Assembly: GCA_029262065.1 (NCBI GenBank)
Contig: JAJDAC010000044.1
Coordinates: forward strand, 66,827 to 130,826
DNA: 64,000 nucleotides
Direction of reading: 5' to 3'
Source of the DNA: Candidatus Krumholzibacteriota bacterium
Lineage (GTDB): Bacteria; Krumholzibacteriota; Krumholzibacteriia; JAJRXK01
A program made the translations under genes and the position numbers. Positions 40,263-51,000 of this stretch are shown one piece after another; within the stretch, counting starts at the first letter, position 1, and the number at the start of each line of letters is the position of its first letter. The notes under the pieces were generated by a model, which worked only from the letters and a program-made list of their open reading frames with translations, had not been told where the DNA came from and did no database searches.

Positions 40263-41279
40263 ATGTACAGGTTCCTGACACTTTACCTCCTCGTGAGCTT
40301 GCCTCTAGGTGCCCACGCCTCGATCCTCCAGGAAGGAGAGATCGGCGTATTCGGCGACGCCGAGGCCACGCAAATCGAAGCAGCCTTCGAAGTGGGCGTG
40401 CCCTTTGCCGTCCATATCGTTGCGCGCCCTGGGCCGCTGGGAATGACGGCGTGGGAAACGTCGATATCATTTCCTTCGGAGTTCCTTCTTCTCAACGTTG
40501 AATTCGAGTCCTCTACTTCGATCGACGTAGGGATCGGCGACAACAATCTCATCATAGGAATCGGCGATGGCTGCCAAACCGGCAATGCCAACGGCCTGGT
40601 TCCGCTGGCCAAGGTGTGGCTCCTTCAATTCCAATACGGCGTGGGAGGATCGCTTTGCCTGGGCGCCAGCAGTCCGTCGAGCGTTGGTTCCTCGGGACCG
40701 GCGTTTTCCAATTGTCTCAATCAGGTGGCGCCAATGAACCTGGCCAGCAACGGCTGCGTCCGACTGGGAACGGGGCTATGCGAAGGCGTCCTTCTCGCTC
40801 GCACTGCGCTGGGCTTCGAAGACGTCGACGGAACGGCGGGGGCAGTCCTGCCCATGGATTTCCAGGGTTTCTCGTTCGACTTCCTCGACTGCGTCGGACA
40901 GCGCGGCAACCTGACCACCTTCGAAGTCGACATCTCATGGGATCCGGCTGTCGCTACGTTGGCTTCGGTGGTGCCTAAAGATATTCCGACCGACTGGACT
41001 CTCAGCTCGACAATCGGCGTAGGAGTGGCCTCGCTCACGCTCTCCGGCGGAAATCCGTTTCCGATCGATGCGAACTTCACACTCCCCCAGTCGTTTGCCA
41101 CTCTCAACTGGCAAACGAGTTCCACGCCTGGCGCTACCGTGGTGCGAATCGATCACAGCGAACTGAATTTCGTGTACGGGGGCACCGGCCCAATTACAAC
41201 TTCGTTTGGGGGGTCACTCTCCACCATGCCGGTGGCCACGGACCAAACGAGTTTCGGAGCGGTGAAAGCTCGATTCTGA
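40263..41279 (+). CDS. secreted hypothetical protein ending in ...TSFGAVKARF
   Basis: Start moved to ATG 40263 (signal peptide MYRFLTLYLLVSLPLGAHAS, GAGAGG SD). The ORF-track start 40176 overlaps the upstream gene. 338 aa, no known domain. Confidence 0.6.
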   Translation: MYRFLTLYLLVSLPLGAHASILQEGEIGVFGDAEATQIEAAFEVGVPFAVHIVARPGPLGMTAWETSISFPSEFLLLNVEFESSTSIDVGIGDNNLIIGIGDGCQTGNANGLVPLAKVWLLQFQYGVGGSLCLGASSPSSVGSSGPAFSNCLNQVAPMNLASNGCVRLGTGLCEGVLLARTALGFEDVDGTAGAVLPMDFQGFSFDFLDCVGQRGNLTTFEVDISWDPAVATLASVVPKDIPTDWTLSSTIGVGVASLTLSGGNPFPIDANFTLPQSFATLNWQTSSTPGATVVRIDHSELNFVYGGTGPITTSFGGSLSTMPVATDQTSFGAVKARF

Positions 41280-41336
41280 GCGTGGTCCTCTGCCGTTCCT
41301 GGATGACGCGACTGCCAACAGTAGAACCAAAGCAAA

Positions 41337-41361
41337 GAGCCTCCCGCTGGACGGGAGGCTC
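41337..41361 (+). terminator. GC-rich hairpin GAGCCTCCCG-ctgga-CGGGAGGCTC between convergent genes (bidirectional terminator candidate)
   Basis: 10-bp perfect stem, 5-nt loop, 58 nt after the stop at 41279. No U-tract on the plus strand; weak T-run on the minus strand. Same stem sequence as the terminator at 53967. Confidence 0.5.
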
Positions 41362-41387
41362 GGTTGGCTAGAGCGCGATCGGTCGGA

Positions 41388-42992
41388 CTACTGAAGCGTA
41401 ACCAACACCGTGATCCGGTCGGTCTTACCGGTCATGTCCTGAAGCGCCTTGCCCACGATGGTTCCGACCTTGGGGTCATCCGCGCGCATGGCGTGGCCGG
41501 CGGTCGCCGAGGTTACAAGCAGATCGCCGGCTCGCACGGGACCGTTTTCGGCGGACACCTTGCACGGCACGATGCCCACGACGGCGAGCGGAATCTGATC
41601 GTAGTCGCCGGCAATGTCGATGGCCTTGCGAGGATTGCCCTCGGCGTCCGCACCCACCTCGCGCAAGTCCCAGTCGGTCTCGGTGCCCAGCAGGCCGGGG
41701 CGCGTGCTGTAGATACCCGCCACCAGCCGCGAATGGGCCGCACTCGACTTCACGAATCCGCGGGCGGAGCGCGGGTCGATCACGACCACGTCGCCGGCCT
41801 CGACCGAGGCTTTGCCCGTCGTGACGTGGACCAGCTCAGCAAAGTCGGCGCCACCGGTGGTGACGACTCCGTCGAGAGACAGGTCGCCGTCGGCCCAAAC
41901 CCGGAGCTTGACGTCACCATTGTTCCACTGCGCCTCCAGGAACTGCGCGTTGGGGTCCGAGGTTGAGTCGAGCTCGAGCTCGATCAGGTCGGCCCCGCCC
42001 ACCGAAGCCGGCACGCGCTCGATATGCACCACGTTGGCGGCGGTCGACACATCTTCCACCTCGAACCGGTAGAACGGATCCAGCTTGCCCACGGCCAGGT
42101 TCACGTTCACTCCAAATTCTCCGGTGTTGTTCACGGCCACCGCATCGACGAAGGCGCCGTTCGGCGAATCCAATGAGTGGCCGTCCCCGGTCGCCGTGTT
42201 GGCCGTGGTCTGGGTCGTTCCATCGGGAAACCGGACTCCACCCAACTTGGAGTGGATCACGCCGTTCACTTCCAGCTTCGAGGCCGGGATCGCATCTCCG
42301 ATCCCGATGCCCACGTTGCCTTCATCAGTCACCGTGAACCGTGTCCCACTCAGATCGAGTTTCCAGTCTCCGGTCGCTCCATCCACGTAGTGCCAACCAG
42401 TCTGCCCCGTTCCGGCATAGTAGCCGTAGAACGGTTTGCCCAGATCACCCTCGGTGCTCACGTACATCCCGCCGTAACCCGACTGGATGGGCGCGTGCAC
42501 TCCGAACCACTCCGAACCCACGACGTAATCGCGATTGATACCCACGAAACCAGGGTTGGTGTTTGTGATCGCCGTGCCGTTGGTTTGCCAGGGGCTGTTC
42601 AGGGCGTGCAGTGCGTAAGGCGCCGGCTGCACGGGCTGGCGGGGCGTAAGCAATTCGAAGGGCAGCGTGTCGGTGGGGTCGTGCGGATCGCGCACTTCTA
42701 TTTCGAGCCAGCGCTCCTGCCCATCAAAGGCGTTGGCGCCGAAATCCAACTGCACCGAGAAGACGCCGCGGCTCACCGTCACGTTCGTCATCGACAACGA
42801 CGTTCCGATGACGGTACCGCCGGCACTCGCGTCGTGCATGGTGAACCTGAAATCGACGGCGCCATCCACCTGGATACCGCTGTTCTGCAGTTCTCCCTGG
42901 TAGCTGAAGCTCGAGCCCACGGCTGCGGCCTGGGCCTGGCTGGCCAGAACGCCCAGAAAGAGGATCGATAGGAAGCAACGAGTGCGAAGCAT
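41388..42992 (-). CDS. secreted hypothetical protein, tail-fibre/beta-helix-like
   Basis: Signal peptide MLRTRCFLSILFLGVLASQAQA. Gly/Thr/Asn-rich repeat-like body (GNVGIGIGDAIPASKLEVNGVI...). 534 aa. No catalytic motif recognised. Confidence 0.55.
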   Translation of the reverse strand: MLRTRCFLSILFLGVLASQAQAAAVGSSFSYQGELQNSGIQVDGAVDFRFTMHDASAGGTVIGTSLSMTNVTVSRGVFSVQLDFGANAFDGQERWLEIEVRDPHDPTDTLPFELLTPRQPVQPAPYALHALNSPWQTNGTAITNTNPGFVGINRDYVVGSEWFGVHAPIQSGYGGMYVSTEGDLGKPFYGYYAGTGQTGWHYVDGATGDWKLDLSGTRFTVTDEGNVGIGIGDAIPASKLEVNGVIHSKLGGVRFPDGTTQTTANTATGDGHSLDSPNGAFVDAVAVNNTGEFGVNVNLAVGKLDPFYRFEVEDVSTAANVVHIERVPASVGGADLIELELDSTSDPNAQFLEAQWNNGDVKLRVWADGDLSLDGVVTTGGADFAELVHVTTGKASVEAGDVVVIDPRSARGFVKSSAAHSRLVAGIYSTRPGLLGTETDWDLREVGADAEGNPRKAIDIAGDYDQIPLAVVGIVPCKVSAENGPVRAGDLLVTSATAGHAMRADDPKVGTIVGKALQDMTGKTDRITVLVTLQ

Positions 42993-43024
42993 GACGGTTC
43001 TCCTGTCGGGGTCGATGTGCCGGT

Positions 43025-43561
43025 CTACTTGACCAGCGTAGCCTTGCGCACGGCCGCGAAGTTGCCTGAGCGCATCTGGATGTGATAGCTGCCGCTGGCG
43101 ATGCTTTGCCCACGGTTGTCCCTACCGTCCCACTCGAAGTCATGCGGGCCGGCGGGAAGGGTTTGGTTGATCAGTTCGCGCACAAGTCGACCCGCCACGT
43201 TGTAGACACGCACGGTGGTGGGCCCGGGTTGGGCCAACTCGAAGCGGACCCTGGTCTTGGGGTTGAACGGGTTGGGCGAAGGGTCTCCCATGCGGTACAC
43301 GAGCGACGGAACCGTTGGCTCCACCGCGGTGACGCTCTGGGGAGTGGCCCAGAATCCGCCCCGCAGCTCCAGCGTGCCGCCGCTGGCGACGCCAACGTCG
43401 GGCTGGGCGATGGTGCCGGTAACCTGCAGGGACGGGCCCTGGCTGACGAAACCGCCCCCGTCGAGGGTGGAATTGGTGAGTTCGATCGCGGCCATGGCAG
43501 TGACCGCGCCAAGCACGACGGCCACGAGGCCGCCGGCTGACGAACGGCGTAAGACGGACAT
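43025..43561 (-). CDS. small secreted protein consisting mainly of a Por/T9SS-type CTD
   Basis: Start at the internal Met (MSVLRRSSAGGLVAVVLGAVTAMAA, signal peptide). CTD SPNPFNPKTRVRFEL...VRVYNVAGRLVREL...HDFEWDGRDNRGQSIASGSYH...KATLVK. Confidence 0.55.
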   Translation of the reverse strand: MSVLRRSSAGGLVAVVLGAVTAMAAIELTNSTLDGGGFVSQGPSLQVTGTIAQPDVGVASGGTLELRGGFWATPQSVTAVEPTVPSLVYRMGDPSPNPFNPKTRVRFELAQPGPTTVRVYNVAGRLVRELINQTLPAGPHDFEWDGRDNRGQSIASGSYHIQMRSGNFAAVRKATLVK

Positions 43562-43673
43562 GGAGCCCTCCTTTGATGTGGGTCCAGCCGTCTCATTTGG
43601 CTTCGCCGGCGGATCTCCCGGCACGCCGGTTAATTTTCTTTCGTCGGAGATCCGCCTTCACGCCGAACGGGGC

Positions 43674-45014
43674 TCACTTGAGCAGCGTGATCTTCACACG
43701 GTTGACATTGCCGTTCGCCGCAAGCTTCGCGTGGTACACGCCGCTGGGCACGAGCGCGCCATCCTGCCGGTGGCCTGACCAGAACACCTCGTGCGTGCCG
43801 GAGGTCATCCAACCATCCAGGACCGTCGCAACGTGGCGCCCGACGGCATCGTAGATGGTCACCTGCGCCCTCCCCTCGTCAGCCATTTCAAGCCGCAACG
43901 TCGTGCGGGGATTGAAGGGGTTCGGAAAGGCGCTGATCCGATACGTCAACTCTGGCGCACTTTCGGCCGCGACCGGCGCGCTTACGACGTCCCATCCCAT
44001 CAACCCCATGGCGCGGAGGTCGTTGGCGGTGGAGAGCCGAAGCTCACCCCTGTTCATGGTGGGATCCATCACACCCAGGTAGGTACCAGAGTATTCGTCC
44101 GCCTTCCAGTGGCCGGCCTGCCGGAAGTCACCAAAGAAGATCCCGGTCGACATGGCCAGGTCCTGCGTACCATCGAAGAGAACCTGGACGGGTGCCAGAT
44201 CGCCAGTTGCAAGGACCCGGGGCTCGTTGGTGAAATCGACCGAGCCCGCGCCGGGCACGAACCGGAACAGATCCAGTGGCAAGGGTTCTACTACCTTGGT
44301 CTGGTTGAAATTGCGAACGATGTCAACGTTGTCGACTTCACTGAAAAAGCCCAGAGCGTGAGCCAGTTCGTGAAATGCAGCGCCCTGGAAATCGTACTGA
44401 CTGGGTTCGATACCGTCGCTGCGATCAAAGTCGAAGGCAGCGCCGCTTTGGAATGTAATTGTGGCGTCTGGATTCGGGTCGTCGAAACTCATGTCGAAGC
44501 CCAGGGCACGCAAGTTGGCCTTGGAGGCGGCCATTCCATTCTGGAAAACGAAGCCCGGCGGCGTCATTGCGCTGAACTGCGCGAGCGTTGGCAGCAGTTG
44601 GACGATCGCTTCGTTGGGCCCGGCATCTGCGACCATTGCGTTGCGAATTGAATCGTAGTCGTCGAAGAACAGGCTGAACGCCGTGCTCGCGAGGCTCGGC
44701 GACGACCCCAGGTCCACGTCGATGACGACGGTGACTGGATCCTGGAGGATGGATTCCCATTCCGCGACCGCCGCGTTCCAGGCCGCCAGCGCCGCGGGGT
44801 TGGCTTGTAGTCCAGGCCCCACGTTGGCCACGATGTCGAACGTCCGCTTGCCGGGGATCGATTTGATCCTCTGGACGCCGGATGGCAGTGGACGCGCGGG
44901 GTAGCTTGACAGGCTCAAACCGCACTGGCTCGCGATATCGTCGTTTGCGTCAGCGACAGTCTGCGAAGGAACAATAACGAGAAGAAGAGCCGTGCACAGC
45001 GCGAGAACCTTCAT
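43674..45014 (-). CDS. secreted HExxH zinc metalloprotease-like protein with a Por/T9SS-type CTD
   Basis: Signal peptide MKVLALCTALLLVIV. FHELAHALGF zincin motif. C-terminal FPNPFNPRTTLRLEM...VTIYDAVGRHVATVL...HEVFWSGHRQDGALVPSGVYH...VKITLLK. Confidence 0.65.
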   Translation of the reverse strand: MKVLALCTALLLVIVPSQTVADANDDIASQCGLSLSSYPARPLPSGVQRIKSIPGKRTFDIVANVGPGLQANPAALAAWNAAVAEWESILQDPVTVVIDVDLGSSPSLASTAFSLFFDDYDSIRNAMVADAGPNEAIVQLLPTLAQFSAMTPPGFVFQNGMAASKANLRALGFDMSFDDPNPDATITFQSGAAFDFDRSDGIEPSQYDFQGAAFHELAHALGFFSEVDNVDIVRNFNQTKVVEPLPLDLFRFVPGAGSVDFTNEPRVLATGDLAPVQVLFDGTQDLAMSTGIFFGDFRQAGHWKADEYSGTYLGVMDPTMNRGELRLSTANDLRAMGLMGWDVVSAPVAAESAPELTYRISAFPNPFNPRTTLRLEMADEGRAQVTIYDAVGRHVATVLDGWMTSGTHEVFWSGHRQDGALVPSGVYHAKLAANGNVNRVKITLLK

Positions 45015-45093
45015 GGGAACTCCTTAGGCGGGATTCGTGGAGAAAGGTGCACCGCGGAGTCCATTCGATGCACGTTTTCTGCCCCCACGCAGG

Positions 45094-48000
45094 TCAGCGG
45101 ACCACAGCCACCGTACGCCTCTCCTCCTGGGTACGGCCATCCGCGTAACGAACGTTGAGTACCGCCAGGTAAACGCCATTGCGCACCGTGCGGCCCTTTC
45201 CGTTTCGACCGTCCCAGACAGCGCTGGTGACCAGACCAGCGGGCAAGTCGTCGCCGTCGAGCAATGTAATGACACGGTTGCCGGTGAGGTCGAACAGCGC
45301 CAACGATACTTCCGCGTTCGCTTCCAGATTGAACGCGAAGTTCGTGAGTTCACGTCCCGCGGCGAAAGGATTCGGATAGTTCACGTAGCTCTCGCTCAAG
45401 CCCTGCGCACTGAACGTTCCCGATTTCGTCTGCAACGGAAACGCCTGACTGGTTGCCGCCGACACCTGGATCTGGAGCTGGGCGCTGAGCGGCTGGATTA
45501 CGTCTACATCGACCTGATCGATCTGCAGGAAGAACTGATCGGTCGCGGGATCGTCCACCAGGTCGATGAAAAGCTGCAGCGACCGAACGGTGGCGGCCTC
45601 TACCTCGAGTGGCGGAGAAAAGTCCACGGTGGCCGGCTCGCCCGTCATCAGCGTATCCGAACTCGCGAGCATGGCTTCGCCGTCGGTTACGTACACGCGA
45701 CGGAGAACCTGGGCATCGGGAAGAGCGCCGCCGCTCTCATCCATCGTCCGCATCGTCAGCGACCGCAGACGGATTGGTCCGGCTTCTTGGTCGGCAATGT
45801 TCTCGAGCGAAAGCTCCCCCACCGCTACGTCGCGCCCCGAACGGGATAGCACCGCGGGCATCGTGCTCGAAAGACCCACTTCAAGGTCGCGCGCGGTGGG
45901 TACGAACTGGGTAACGCCCGACGACAGAGGGAATGTCTGTCCTGAAACGGCCGAAGGTTCAATGGGAGTGCCCGAATTGGCGTCGACGATGACCATGTCT
46001 TCGGCCAGGAACGTCAACTCGAAGAACGACGTGGGCGCACTCGCCTCCGAATCGATTCGCAGTTCGACGTTCACCGTATCGGCCGGATCCAACCAAAGCG
46101 AAGGAATCGCCACGATGAACGGTTGGGCGCCAGCCGGAAAGGTCGATATGGTCTGGGCCAACTGATCATCCACGTACACATCCACGGCGTCGAGAAACAC
46201 GTCCGGAGCCAGGGCGACGCGTCGCTCGTCGAAACATCGAACGGCAAAGGAATCGAGGCGTATCTGCGCCGTACCGGCAGAACCGGGATGAACTATCTGG
46301 ATCGACACTGCTTGCACGTCCGCCGCGCCCAGACCTACCGCCGGAGGAAACAACGGAGCCGCGGCCATCTGGACCGCATCGGCCGCGACTTCGACCACGA
46401 CGTCGTGACCACGCGAGCCTTGCACGTAGGTGACGGGAACGATTTCATGAGCATTGGGATCGCGCGCTTCGATCGTGCTCGGAACTCCGAGCTGGGCGTG
46501 GAACGTCCCGATCGGAGCGTCAGGGTTCAGCTCAGCCATCAGTCGCACCGCAATGGGTGTGTTCACCGGCACCGAGATCTGTGGGCTGAATTCCAACACC
46601 AGAACCGTATCGGCAGTCGCCTGGACCACCTGATCGAAGTGGGTTTGGAAGGCCGTCTCGACTTTCAACTGACCCAGATAGTCCGCCGGATTGGCGAGAG
46701 GATTGTCACCGGTGTCCGTGAGGTGGACTTCCAGCCGCGAAACCCGCACGTCCGTTGTCAGGCCGTCGATCCCTGCACTGTGCAGCGACGTGTCCAGCAG
46801 TACCAAACCGGGTTGCCCTGGGTTGACTCTCGAAACCAGCGGGGTAGGAACGGTTACATCGAGTGCGGTCGGCGAGGCCAGGACCGTGACCAGGCCGCCC
46901 CGGATAGGAAACTCGTCCTCTTCGAGTGCGACAGACACGGGAGCACCTGAATTTGCGTCGGTACCCACGATCCAACTGGCGTCGGCCAGTACGATGCGGA
47001 AGTTGGGGACGACCGTGTCCGGGGTGACACCAATCTCGACGCGGATCGATACGGGCTCGGAGGTAGTGACCTGCACCGGCGTAGCGGGCACCATGACCAC
47101 TTCCGACTCGGTATTCGGCAGACTACTGGAATCGAAGTAGACGGTGGCGCCCTCCTTCATGACGATGCGTGAGAGGACCGAGCTGGGCACGATCGGCTGG
47201 CCCTGGTCATCCTCGACCGCCAGTCGCAGACTTTCCAGATGGATGTTCGCACCGTCCGCATCACCGAAGTTGGTCAGGGTGAGCACCATCCGGTCGATGT
47301 CCTGCTGACCCCGGTTCACCGTGAATGGAATCGACCCCACGGCAATCAGACCCATTTCGTCCGGACTCGAGAAAACCCGATGCTGACCCGAAGACGCGGG
47401 CAACGAAGATCGGGTGATGCTCGTAGACACCTCGGTTCCACTGGCATCGCCAACCAGCTGCACGGCGCCGGGACTGTCCCCGGCAAACGTCCACACGAAC
47501 TCGACCGACGCACCGTCGACGAGGTCGGCCGAGGCCGGGGTTGGACCGGTCACCAGGGAAATGCTTCCACTACCACTGGAACTCAACGCTCCGGGAGTGA
47601 CCGCCACGAAGTCGCCACCGCTTCGGTTGCGTACGGCCATGCGCACCTCGAAACTCTGACCGACCGTACTTACGCCACGTTCGAACTCGAGCGATGCGAT
47701 CAGCGGCGCGGTACTCAACAATATCGTGTTGTCGACGTCGACGGAGACGTCGCGGGGTCCATCATTGTCGGACTGGACCTGCACGCCTCCGGGCACGATC
47801 GAAAGCCGCACGGTGGAAGAATCGGTGGCCGAAGCCGCGGCGGTCAGGCCTACGAAGAACCGCCCGCCGGGTGCGACCAGAGATTCAACCAGGAATGGAC
47901 TGACCCACGTACCGGTGCCACCCACCGGAGTGAACGCTCCCAGATCGCTTTCGGGGCCGGGCTCGAAAATGCCGTTGCCGTCGTCCCTGTACAATCTGAG

Positions 48001-51000
48001 TTCGCCTATGTCTGTTGCGGTGGCAGTGCCCAGATTGGCGAGAGTGAGGCCATCGAGCGTGTCCCCCGAGAAACCGTTGGCCGGAATGACCACGTCCATG
48101 GCCAGCACGGGGCCTTCACTGGGCCCAAGCACAATCGGTGATACCGAGCGAGACAAGATCTGGATCGCGAGCATTCCGTCTATGGTCCATGCGTTCTGAC
48201 TGGTCAGGGGAAACTGACCCGCGACGATCGTGTCGCCGGAAAACCCCATCTCGGTAATCGAGGAGATGCGGGCTGACACCGCGTCGGAGTCGACAACGTT
48301 CTCCGGAGCGAAATCGGCCGTCACCCATATTTGAACCGATGATTCCTGCGGCAGTCCCAATGCGAACCCAGAAAAAACCGCGCGTCCCAGGCTCACGCTG
48401 GTAGACGAAATGCGCGAGTCCAGACTGGGCCCGTCGATCGTCCCGTTCGCGTTGGTGTCCACGATGAGGTTCATGTTGCGGAAGGCGTCGTCAAATCCCG
48501 GGCCTGACCCCAGCGAATGCTCGATGACGACCTCGACGCGGTTGAGATCACGGATCTGTTCGTAGTCGTTGGTCAAAACGATATCGAGCAGAGGCACATC
48601 CCGAGCGTCTGGATCGACCGCGCCGCCCATGACCGGCGACGACGCGACAGTGACGCGATCGGGAACCGAGACCGAACGTGAGGACGGTTCGGCCACCGCC
48701 AGATCGATCGGCCCGTGATTGCCGGTTGCCATGCCCAACCCGCCGTAGGGCGTGGGCGGAATCCCAAGTTGCAGCCGCTCCCCTCCCACCGCGTCGGCGT
48801 GGATGTCGACCGCCACGAAGATCCGCTGGCCTCCAACGCCCACCGGAACCTCGATACCCGTCAGCTCCCAGCGTGCCCCGGAAAACGCGAACTGCCCCAG
48901 CGGCGTATCGAGATTGGTGTCGAAGTTTCCGTCGCCGTCGTCGGACCACGCTTTCATGGCTGAAATGAAGCTCGCGTCGAATTGGCTCTCGTAGTTGACG
49001 ACGTTGATCACCTGAATCGAGTCGTCCTGGTAGCCGTTGCGGGGCGCGATGAAATCGAGAGCGAGGTTGTCTTGCGAACCTATGAGATAGGTAGTGGACG
49101 GCAGGGGGATGATCTGGATCTGTGCAGCCGACATTCCCGTGACCTCGAACGACCCGCTGGGATCGATCGGAAAGGCTCCTTGAACGGATTGGCCCGTGGC
49201 GATCACGATCTCGCTGGCGTCGGCGATGCGCAGATCGAGTTGGTCGGTGTCGCGAGAAAGAATCGAGGCTCCCGCGTGAACTTCGAATACGCGCTCGGTG
49301 CCGGCGGGAATTTCGGCTTGCAGGTTCGCGAACGTCGCCTCGCCCAGCACCATGCTCGCGGTGGCTACCTGCGCTCCGTCGAACAACAACGAGAGCTGAC
49401 TAAATTGAGCGTCCAGCTCTGCGCGCGTGGGCGTGGACGTTGTGACCGTCGCATCGGCGATCGTCAGGCTCGTGACCCGACGCGCACCGGTACCTGTATT
49501 TCCAAGCGTAACGCGCAGCATGGACTGTGGCGCGCCACCGGGAAGAAGCTGGGCGCTGCTCTGGCTCGATTGGACCAGCACGACGTCTTCGGCCATCGCG
49601 CCCGCGACCAGGACCGAATCCTGGCTGGTGTCGTTGGCAGCGTTCGGGTCGTACAGTTCGCTGCCCGTGATCGACGCGGTATTCACGATCTGGGAGCCCT
49701 CGGATCCCGGCAGCACCCGGGCCTGCAGATCCAAAAATACGCTATCGCCCGTCGCAATCGCCTGCGTGTTCCATAGGTTGGTGGTGTTGCTGTATCCGCC
49801 CTGAGACGGGTTGGCCGCGACGAAGTCCAGGTCGGGGGGAAGCGCGTCGGTCACATCGACCCAGCTCGTGTCGTTGGGGCCGTCGTTGTTGACCACGATG
49901 TGGAAGTTGACCACGTCGTTCACGGCTGGTACCGGGTTATCTACGGTTTTCGAGACCCGCAGATCAGCGGTGAGTACCTGAGCCACGCCCGAGTCCTGGT
50001 CGTCGGTCGCGTTGGCGTCGATCGATCCGGCGTCGCTGGCGGTGGCCGTATGGGTGACCTGGGCCGGGGCGCTGGCATTGACCAGTAGTTCGAACTGCAG
50101 CGTCGTGCTGTCTCCAGGCGCCAGCTGGCCCGCGAACCAGGTAGCCCCGGAGTACGAACCCTGCTGGGCCGAACTGCTCAGCACCTGTAGTCCCGGCGAA
50201 AAACCGTTGGCCACTCGCGGATCGCCAGCCGGGTCGGGCCCAGCATTCCTCAACACCACCGTGGACTGGATCGTGTCGCCCACGGTGACCGATGGAGAAT
50301 CGAAGGTGACGCGCGCCGACAGGTCGGCGACGTCATTGGTCAGCGTGTAGCCGAGTGTGATCTTGGGGCGTTGGCCGATGGGAGAAGCTTCGCGGCTCTT
50401 GATCGCCTCGGGTCCGCCGCCTCCGTCGGCGATCAGCATGATGCCGTCGTTGGTTCCCGATACCCACTGTTGCACCAGGTCCGTCAGATCGAAGGTCTCA
50501 AGGCTACCATCTACTGCAAACGATAGTTCCACGGACGGGTCGAAGATCGTGGCGGCGTTTGTCCAGGTCGCGGTGTTTTCCGACCACGCGCCGGAAACCC
50601 GATGCACCTCTAGTGAAGTAGCGCCCGCGCTCAAGGGCCACAGATTCACGAATGCCGTATCGATCACCGCACCCGCGGGAACCAGTGACAGGTCCCATTT
50701 CAGGAGAGCTCGTCGGTCGGTAACTCCGTTGGTTTCGACCAGAAGCTCCGGGTCCGTTCCGTAGTTCGCCCCTGGATTGCCCTGATCCAACCACGTATCG
50801 GCTACGACGACGAAAGAACCTGCGAAGTAAGTCAGTCCAACACTGGCGGAATTGTCGTTGGAGTTCGGGTCGCTTTGGTCGGTGCTGGACACCGAGGCAG
50901 TATGCTGTTCGTTGGGAGCACCGGTCACCGGCCCTACCAGGTAGGTGATGTCGAGGCGAATCGTGCTTCCCGTGCCGACATCTCCCACGCTCCAAGTCTC

